NCBI GenBank assembly: GCA_049521895.1
Contig: JBEKOJ010000001.1
Span: 695,114-759,113 of the forward strand
Length of the DNA stretch: 64,000 nt
Origin: Candidatus Saccharimonadales bacterium
Lineage (GTDB): Bacteria; Patescibacteriota; Saccharimonadia; Saccharimonadales; UBA10212
Direction of reading: 5' to 3'
Part shown: positions 61,801-64,000 of the stretch, piece after piece
How positions within the stretch are numbered: position 1 is the stretch's first letter
Layout of the letters: each line of letters opens with the position of its first letter
Notes under the pieces: model-generated
What the model was told of the DNA's origin: nothing
Databases searched by the model: none
What the model saw: the letters and a program-made list of their open reading frames with translations, nothing else
Position numbers and translations under genes: made by a program

Positions 61801-64000
61801 GACTCCGACATCCTCTGGGCTGCCACCGGCACCGGCACGCTGAGTAACTCTGACGCTACGACTTTGAATAATCTTGGCAACACTGACCCGACCTTAGCTA
61901 AGCTCTACAGCTTAAATGGTGGAGCAGGGCAACCAACCTTTGTCTGGAACGCTAATACGGCTAACTACCAAGATATAACAAGCTCTAACGGCCAAGCCCT
62001 AATCTTTGCCGCTAATACCTCTGGGGCCACTACTGGCAACCTAATAGACCTGCAATCCGGCCTGTACCCCTCCAGCAAGTTTTCTGTAGACGTAAATGGT
62101 AACCTAACTGATGTCGGCACCGCCCTCTTCCAGAACACTACTGACTCTACCGCCGCCTTCCAGATCCAAAATGCTGCCGGCACATCTAACCTCTTTGTAG
62201 CCGATACCACAGACTCTAGAATAGGTATAGGTACAGCTACGCCTACGGCCACCCTTTCGGTAAATGGCACCGGCTTAATCCAAGCCAGCTCTGCCAGTAA
62301 CCCACAACTGACTGTCTCTGGTAACGAGATAACTGACGCTACCAGGACTACCAATACCCAAGGCGATGGCAGAACCCCGCCAGACTCCAGCGAAGGCATA
62401 TGGGAAGGCACGACCAACCTGATTACTAATGGCGGATTTGAGAATAATACTACGGGGTGGGGCGCATGGTCAGCCAGTACTGCTGCTAGGACAACTTCCC
62501 GGGCTAAATTCGGATCTGCTTCACTTGCTTTATCTGGTTCGACTAATCCATACATAGGTGGGTCCACAGGATTTGCGCCGACTACAGGAACCCAGTACAC
62601 AGCTTCGCTCTGGTTTAAACCGGTAGAAACGGCCACTTACTCACTCAGGGCTAGCGACGCTACAACCTTGTGGAATGCCTATGGTCCACAGATACAGGCT
62701 CAAGCGGGAGTATGGACACGCTACACTGTTACCTTCACTCCGGGCAACTCCAACAATCTTGTTCTAGGTATGTTCTACGAAGGAGGAGGTAGTGGTTACT
62801 TCACCGGTGAAACAGTCTATTACGACGGCGTACAGGTTGAGCAAAAAGCCATCGCTACACCTTATGTAGAAACCAGCAACGGTTCAACCGCCAGCCGCAG
62901 TGATGCGGCTGCATCGGCTCCAGCAAGCCTAATAAATAATATCCAGAGTTGGATGTCCGTCCGTGCCAGAATTGATGCTCCGACTGGTTCTGGCCAGCCC
63001 ACCCACAGTTTTTTCTCTTGGAATGTTAATAGCAACACGACCCTCCATCTCTACTATAATTCTTCTAGTGGCACGCAGCTGCGTGCAGGACGACAAGTTA
63101 CTGGTTCTGAAAACACAGTTGCCATCAATTACAGTGGTAATGTAGGTGATTTAGTCACTGTAACATTTGCCTGGACTGCCACTAACCTTTACTTGAGCCT
63201 TAATGGTGGCGCTTTTGTATCAGTTAGTAATACAGCGACAAGTGGTACAGGCTATCCTTCGACATTCAATATCGGTTCAGCAGAAAGTGGTACAGGCGTT
63301 GGAGCACTTGATGGCGACATTTTGTGGTTTGCTACTGGCACCGGCATCCTGACTAATACTGATGCCAGCAATATCTACGGCTTTGGCAATGCTGACCCGG
63401 GCTTCTCCAGCTTCCCGGGTTACTCCACGCCCACTATGGTCTGGCAGGCTAATAACTCCAGCTACATCAATAACTCTAACAACTCATCCATAACCTTTAA
63501 TGTCCAGAACTCCAGTGGCAATAGCTTGCTTGACGTTGACTCTAACTTGATGTCGGTCAACCTACAGGCTGCTACTAACAGTACTGCAGCCTTAGTCCTG
63601 GGCAACGACGCCAACCTCTACCGTAGTGCCGCTAATACCCTAAAAACCGATAGCTCACTGGTAGTAGCTGGCGCTAACGCTAAGTTCCAAAATACCACTG
63701 ACTCTACAAACGCTTTCCAGATCCAGAACGCCGCCGGTACATCAAACCTATTAGTGGCCGATACTGCCGATAGCCGTATAGGCATAGGCACAGCCAGTGC
63801 CACCTCTACCTTAACTGTCAGCGGCAGCGGTCTGATTCAGCAGAGTGCGGCAACTAACTCACTGACTGTAAGCGGCAATGAAATAACTGATGCCAGCCGT
63901 ACAACAAACACCCAAGGTGATGGCCGCACCCCGCCCGACAGTAGCTATGGGATATGGGAATCTACCACCAACTTGGTTACTAATGGTGGTATGGAGAATA
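46843..64000 (+). CDS. giant modular surface protein, 5' partial (at least 5,719 codons, continues beyond the window)
   Basis: Frame 1 was read codon by codon from 46843 to 64000 with no TAA/TAG/TGA. TAA at 46831-33 closes the frame upstream, and GTG 46843 is the first start. Missing from the track because no stop lies in the window. Confidence 0.9.
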   Translation, partial: MARQKSIICLSCGQRFRGRSDAKACSPRCLKRLQRAAKATAREAKLAKELGSSKNKICQSCGKVFVGRRSKTCSDRCRRRLQRAEDLLARETGKAKSSGKRAIASVEKNLQELEKDIASAVEPEFATEEGFVGDETATQQGVPETVPVRLVSPQPAQTVINPAAANSLEPQPQLSQPDASLEGQPQNAPAADTSDALSETFLTNTDAAQTPSEPDHYESPLRRLLRPKLVTYGVLSIFLVIGMATALFVYSRSQKTQVTSGSNLSLSLNSSTINTTGDSLHINFNTVIDRGKSLTASGPVVLQNDVNSTAAFKIQNAAGTSNLLIADTTNNRIGIGKAPTLGILDVNGAIYQNGNRVCDTSGNCISTAGRGGAISGSGLSGTIALFTGSGSSIGNSDLSQSGSTVTATGNLNITGQLWVGGSQISSANLFNDANLAKLNGNQTFTGINTFTGSVLLQSANGVGLLSVDSQNSLVELGQANAQTGALVFYGSANGNSITLAGLNGPTSNQNIFLPDSSGTICLTSGNCSGSGGYGDVLQGGNSFATTMLLGTNDNFGFNLETNGNVAQSIANSGSVLFKAVNDSSSNFQVQTANGKNLLNLNGLSGQLTIGSPGATGATSIVFSGTSVINTVTLVAPAGPTSNQTITLPDASGIVCLTDGNCVGLGGYGDINQGGNSFSTNILIGTNDNFGFNIETDSHTVASLSNTGAATFKNYTDSTNAFQIQNAAGTSNLLVADSQDTRIGLGTNAPTASLTIKDNFSSTSLTASLTVSGNEITDATRTANTQGDGFTPPDSSYGIWEGTTNLVVNGGFETNVNNWGGGTVTNSRDTSTAKFGSSSLKAVTNNTNAGTWGGGSSTTNGTPNQIPVTVGNTYTASAWIKASSGVNANLDIEWTNSSGASFGTIIQAFTTTGSWQRVTLTGTAPSNAVSADININSTNWGGVGQAFWLDGVQFEQKAYATPYVETSNGSTASRSGAYIGAPSSLVSEAQGWVAVRARLGTLDTSTSHDLFGWAANSSVNRISVAPNSSTSWQGFFSRNGTPTFISATDSSHFIGDIVTVVLSWTNSQVGLSVNGSSFSTSTRNGTVGGASLPSTFGIGNINLNLGNDVSDDDIMWFASGTGTLSNSDASTLNAYGNNDPTTTSLSSSLPSAIPTMAWAANTSSYQYQTGIYNPVALQVQDASGNNLLTVNANSSASSLLALGANTTTASGGITFGTDTYLYRSGTGALTLQGAGSNSTLQAGAASGYSMPGSNLILAGGQGTGSGNGGNINLQIAQAAVPNTPNESFITGANAPDSVAVDSTYVYWSNNGNNTIGRANLDGSGVNQSFITTTTPDGLSVDSSHIYWENSTNTIGRANLDGSGVNDSFITTSNAPRGTAVDSAHIYWTNSATNTIGRANLDGSGANNSFITTGNAPVKVAVDSTHIYWTNKLDNTIGRATLDGSNVNNSFITGANTPRGIAVNSTYIYWANNGNGSIGRANLDGSGVNQSFTTGTSGPDGMTLDSANVYWANYNGGSGTTIGRLNFGNAVNSLSTVASLSGVNGAATFQNAADSTNAFQIQNAAGTSNLLVADTADSRIGIGTATPTATLSVNGSGLIQQASSAGTTLTTSGNEITDATRTTNTQGDGRTPPDSSYGIWEGTTNLITNGGFESNKTGWTASGSTATQVTSQHKFGSGSLQVVTNGALSGEGALPSYPGINVTAGNTYTFSGWVYGTSGSVMMIDYTFINGVNQGQHNQTSAVTLNGTWQRLTLTDTAPAGTTSMTPFIVTAGVEAITFYIDGVQMEQKAIATPYVETNGATASRTIASVQAPSSLLNVTQGWVAIRLRLGIPQSVAGTSADNFPEFFTWGTSNGNYYYLAPTSTGVDFARKNGSTKQTVSGNVTWSVGDYMTVVAAWTATQTGISVNGNNFVINNNTSIPTISASTFYIGSSGDTNFFGNPSNSDNLWFAAGTGTLTNTDASIINNFGNTDPNPISFNGTANATMVWQANTSTYTNVNSQPIVFQVQNSANSNLLSIDASASQLLANTTTVFRNSTNSPTAFQVQNAAGTTLLGVDTTNGLVNLGTPGSSGANGQIVFNSTNAAGYGVTIAATSALSQSYTLKLPTAAPVQSQCLVVDSVDASQLNFGSCATGSGGSVDLQGAYNNSTTPATITTTSPTKTLIFKAGTNNDSTTLFQIQNAAGTSNLLVADTTDTRLGVGTAAPLTTLQVNGTGLIQGSSSTSNNLTVSGNEITDASRTQNQQGDGRTPPDSSYGIWEGTTNLVTNGGFESNTNGWVAYGSGTTFSRDTNVSKFGPASLKVVTDGTIAQQGVYVAANFSPSLTYTASMWVKGPSGANFVFWSANNFPNIYVNGTFTGSWQRVSLTGTTPSYSSSAWLIFQTNSAEAITFWVDGAQFEQKSIATPYVETNGATASRSNSAVTAPSSLINSTQGWASVRMRMSFASTTIPNSFVIPFTWDDGTGNNAIQLRFNGSWTTLRCTGGSCGSAAVVADTFSAGDFRTVILKWDASTIGISINGGSFTTASNGNIPSGLGATFRLGSGNGFNQVDSDFMWTATGTGTLTNTDATNINNFGNTDPYITNFSQAAYPTMVWHANNATYQTGSSLALQVQNSNGNNLFNINSANTSLIANTNTNTFQNTIDSTNAFQIQNAAGTSNLLVADTTDTRLGVGTAAPLTTLQVNGTGLIQGSSSTSNNLTVSGNEITDASRTQNQQGDGRTPPDSSYGIWEGTTNLVTNGGFESNTTGWGARNSATYARITAFSKFGAASLQVNGTGSTTTQGIQSPEVAISPSITYTASTWVYSLSGTSVQIYINWYDGSNAYISTSSGTATGTATGWTRVSGTAPSPSNASFANIQVFFPSGQPIQTFYIDGAQIEQKAIATPYVETNGTTASRSAARVQAPVANTINATQGWIAMRFRPAWSASTEPASQDNARLFLWCGSTCNDRLDLYYNLSNQTFDLGRYAGGSGGGSGSNTQSFAAGSPVTVVAAWDSGHLYVSVNGSSFISSTNTNIPTISTSTFDLGSYGNGSHYLDSDILWTATGTGTLTNTDATNINNFGNTDPYITNFSQASYPTMVWQANNATYQTGTSLALQVQNSTGANLFNINSANTSLIANTNTNTFQNTIDSTNAFQIQNAAGTSNLFVADTTDSRIGIGTATPVATVNVVGSTLLQQGAATSLTVSGNEITDVTRTTNTQGDGRTPPDSSYGIWEGTTNLLTNGGFESGTTPWNPLGSGASQTRVTTQAKFGSASLAVTTPGSSATEGTAISVITLSSSTTYTMSAWVLWENGVAGRLIFFDATGASNYATTNFTGTGTWQRVTVTATTLSTSTQFQLRLERNVATAGTFYVDGAQIEQKAIATPYVETSNGSTASRNAPSVRAPASLINQNQFWVAARVRMGVSSANWPHNLTLFNWGDASPGYFHLAFNSSGAEMQSHTSGYSAAAASFSWNAGDLITIIGYRTSSGSLGLSVNGGSFSTGTDIQAVSGLPSTFTLGTDFVPYNLDSDILWSATGIGTLTNTDATNLNAFGNTDPNFNQLPPAGDPTMLWKANNSNYIGPSNADIVFQANNSAGTSLLSLDATNAKLTVSTAGLFQNTTNSANAFTVNTSTGSQLFNVNTSNLQVTTNNLQSSGAVNLSNTQGTVSLAGSLQNSSQTLTTSGNEITDAERAIGASSTNTAGQSYDGKTNDSSYGIWEGTTNLVTNGGFENNTTGWSNNDGVATLAQDATKSKFGSKSLKVTPVAGPTSGARINPALSTTSGSTYTASGWVWVTAGQAVKLSVYRADFSTLLINTNITGNSGWQRVTATWTAPATELAYVEFLSADSSGTAFYLDGAQIEQKAYATPYVETNGTTATRSAGRVQGPVTALSATQGWVAMRVRMGFASSVSFSVPREFFSYDDGTLNNRFQLRWNPGTVSWVADTVVGGVAQTQILIADSFNAGDVRTIIISWTSSQTFLSIAGSNFTGAATSKPTGLNDLDIGSSTGSGLTGREVDSDILWAATGTGTLSNSDATTLNNLGNTDPTLAKLYSLNGGAGQPTFVWNANTANYQDITSSNGQALIFAANTSGATTGNLIDLQSGLYPSSKFSVDVNGNLTDVGTALFQNTTDSTAAFQIQNAVGTSNLFVADTADTRLGVGTATPVATVNVVGSTLLQQRATTSLTVSGNEITDATRTTNTQGDGRTPPDSSYGIWEGTTNLMIHGGMEGGLGQWVQSGSGTVTLSNDTSTAKFGSKSLKASSDGSVTNGVKWDNGAGGVGVSPSTTYTFSAWVKGTGSAFIQISEYASGVSFVTNDGSSNFTLTSSWQRITLTFTTSSTTVAALPRILLNTGSAWTLWVDGVQLEQKAIATPYVETNGSTATRNAARVQGPATAINSTQSWFAARIRVGWSTTSTNSTFSRVFDWGDSDGVNEIRLAWVDASKMWLMQRYAGGSVTNATSATQTFNAGDVLTIIGSWTSGQVAISINGSTFTSAVNTYIPSLVASQFNIGSDINGYQQGDSDFLWTATGTGTLTNTDAANLNAFGNTDPNFNQLPATGTPTMLWKANNSNYITSSNADIVLQANNNAGSSLLSLDATNSKLTVNTQGLFQNTTNSSNAFTVNTSTGTQLFNVNTANLQVSTNNLQSSGAVNLTNSQGTVSLAGSLQNSSQTLTTSGNEITDAERAIGASSTNTAGQSYDGKTSDSSYGIWEGTTNLVTNGGFESNTTGWTIVAGDETLVRTTTTSKFGSGSASVTTTANATRGLIIASASRPAVSASTAYTYSAWVNAPAGAPMTLRLREYIGATPQGDTDQTFIGTGTWQRVSVTRTMTSTGGSTASLWVFQTDATVRTFYVDGAQLEQKAIATPYVETNGVTASRSAARIQAPASNLNATQGWAAVRVRFGWASTTSLGFLRFLSWGNDGNNALEITNQLNPGGGIAVVRRTAGSGANANASLTWNAGDTATIVATWTASTLNVSVNGGAFITVANNTIPSITSTTFDIGDRFDSTSQADSDILWAATGTGTLSNSDATTLNNLGNTDPTLAKLYSLNGGAGQPTFVWNANTANYQDITSSNGQALIFAANTSGATTGNLIDLQSGLYPSSKFSVDVNGNLTDVGTALFQNTTDSTAAFQIQNAAGTSNLFVADTTDSRIGIGTATPTATLSVNGTGLIQASSASNPQLTVSGNEITDATRTTNTQGDGRTPPDSSEGIWEGTTNLITNGGFENNTTGWGAWSASTAARTTSRAKFGSASLALSGSTNPYIGGSTGFAPTTGTQYTASLWFKPVETATYSLRASDATTLWNAYGPQIQAQAGVWTRYTVTFTPGNSNNLVLGMFYEGGGSGYFTGETVYYDGVQVEQKAIATPYVETSNGSTASRSDAAASAPASLINNIQSWMSVRARIDAPTGSGQPTHSFFSWNVNSNTTLHLYYNSSSGTQLRAGRQVTGSENTVAINYSGNVGDLVTVTFAWTATNLYLSLNGGAFVSVSNTATSGTGYPSTFNIGSAESGTGVGALDGDILWFATGTGILTNTDASNIYGFGNADPGFSSFPGYSTPTMVWQANNSSYINNSNNSSITFNVQNSSGNSLLDVDSNLMSVNLQAATNSTAALVLGNDANLYRSAANTLKTDSSLVVAGANAKFQNTTDSTNAFQIQNAAGTSNLLVADTADSRIGIGTASATSTLTVSGSGLIQQSAATNSLTVSGNEITDASRTTNTQGDGRTPPDSSYGIWESTTNLVTNGGMEN
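46867..47073 (+). other. two tandem CxxC-x11/12-CSxxC zinc-ribbon (TRASH/FCS-like) motifs at the giant protein N-terminus
   Basis: CLSCGQRFRGRSDAKACSPRC (46867-46929) and CQSCGKVFVGRRSKTCSDRC (47014-47073). A TM helix LVTYGVLSIFLVIGMATALFVY follows at 47527-47592. Confidence 0.6.
50698..51420 (+). repeat. six 40-41-aa YWTD/NHL-like beta-propeller blades inside the giant ORF
   Basis: Six repeats of FIT..N.P.G.AVDS..IYW.N...NTIGRANLDGSG.N.S. The DNA core ACCATCGGCCGCGCCAACCTGGATGGCAG recurs almost exactly. Confidence 0.65.
53365..53657 (+). repeat. 293-bp exact direct repeat (copy 1) in a giant-ORF linker
   Basis: Identical base for base to 54775-55067 (offset 1,410 bp, in frame). Confidence 0.9.
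54775..55067 (+). repeat. 293-bp exact direct repeat (copy 2)
   Basis: Identical to 53365-53657. Confidence 0.9.
58816..59191 (+). repeat. 376-bp exact direct repeat (copy 1) in a giant-ORF linker
   Basis: Identical base for base to 61801-62176 (offset 2,985 bp, in frame). First mismatch at 59192. Confidence 0.9.
61801..62176 (+). repeat. 376-bp exact direct repeat (copy 2)
   Basis: Identical to 58816-59191. Confidence 0.9.

Noticed and set aside
47016-63803. About 60 track ORFs of 60-223 aa on both strands between 47 and 64 kb (for example 61965..62636 minus, 54051..54578 minus).
   Set aside because: All lie antisense or out of frame to the continuous frame-1 ORF. Their repeated identical ends simply mirror the DNA repeats of the giant gene, so they are shadow ORFs.
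46843-64000. Possibility that the missing long ORF in the track signals an alternative genetic code or a field of pseudogenes.
   Set aside because: The frame is fully open under the standard code, and neighbouring genes (gyrA, gyrB, tgt) are intact with TGA/TAA/TAG stops. The ORF is most likely missing from the track only because it has no stop inside the window.
49000-64000. Diversity-generating retroelement (template/variable repeat pair) acting on the lectin-like modules.
   Set aside because: No reverse transcriptase ORF is in the window. The near-identical repeat pairs are either perfect or differ at all four bases, not specifically at adenines.

Overview
This 64 kb window looks like a small-genome CPR/Patescibacteria bacterium, probably a Saccharibacteria/TM7 relative. 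The lineage call rests on 16S signatures I read by eye (A911/U912, GGTCATAC in the 515F site, an expanded V1) and on intron-bearing rRNA. No database search was run.

The left 30 kb is mostly housekeeping genes:
- tgt, thrS, miaA, nrdR, rpmB, rplT-rpmI-infC, comM, gyrB-gyrA, and RNase P RNA
- tRNAs Thr, Gly, Val and Pro
- a GT2 synthase and an M50 protease
- a lone VirD4/TraD-like ATPase

The centre holds a disrupted rRNA locus:
- The order is 16S, tRNA-Ile, about 6 kb of protein genes (including a possible Abi/HEPN gene, tRNA-Ala and a GT4/GH130 glycan cluster), then 23S and 5S.
- The 23S gene spans about 5.3 kb. It carries two group I introns with LAGLIDADG ORFs at the L1917 and L2593 sites, plus at least six hairpin insertions.

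The most important feature is missing from the supplied ORF track. A single uninterrupted frame runs from GTG 46843 to the window end, at least 5,719 codons, and has no stop inside the window.
- It appears to encode a giant membrane-anchored surface protein with two N-terminal zinc ribbons and one TM helix.
- A six-blade YWTD-like propeller follows, then about ten tandem modules of 470-520 aa. Each module pairs a CBM4/9-like domain with a LamG-like domain.
- The modules are joined by linkers that are partly identical at the DNA level (293 bp and 376 bp exact repeats).

Three other signals stand out:
- A dispersed family of AT-rich 'word' hairpins (CATTT/AAATG, GTAT/ATAC and others), often flanked by small GC hairpins, sits in mRNA intercistronic gaps and also inside and around the rRNAs.
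- A roughly 250 nt repeat present in two copies shows compensatory base changes, which suggests a structured RNA.
- Three small hydrophobic ORFs with Shine-Dalgarno (SD) sequences lie in a GC-rich islet.

All functional calls come from motif recognition by eye.
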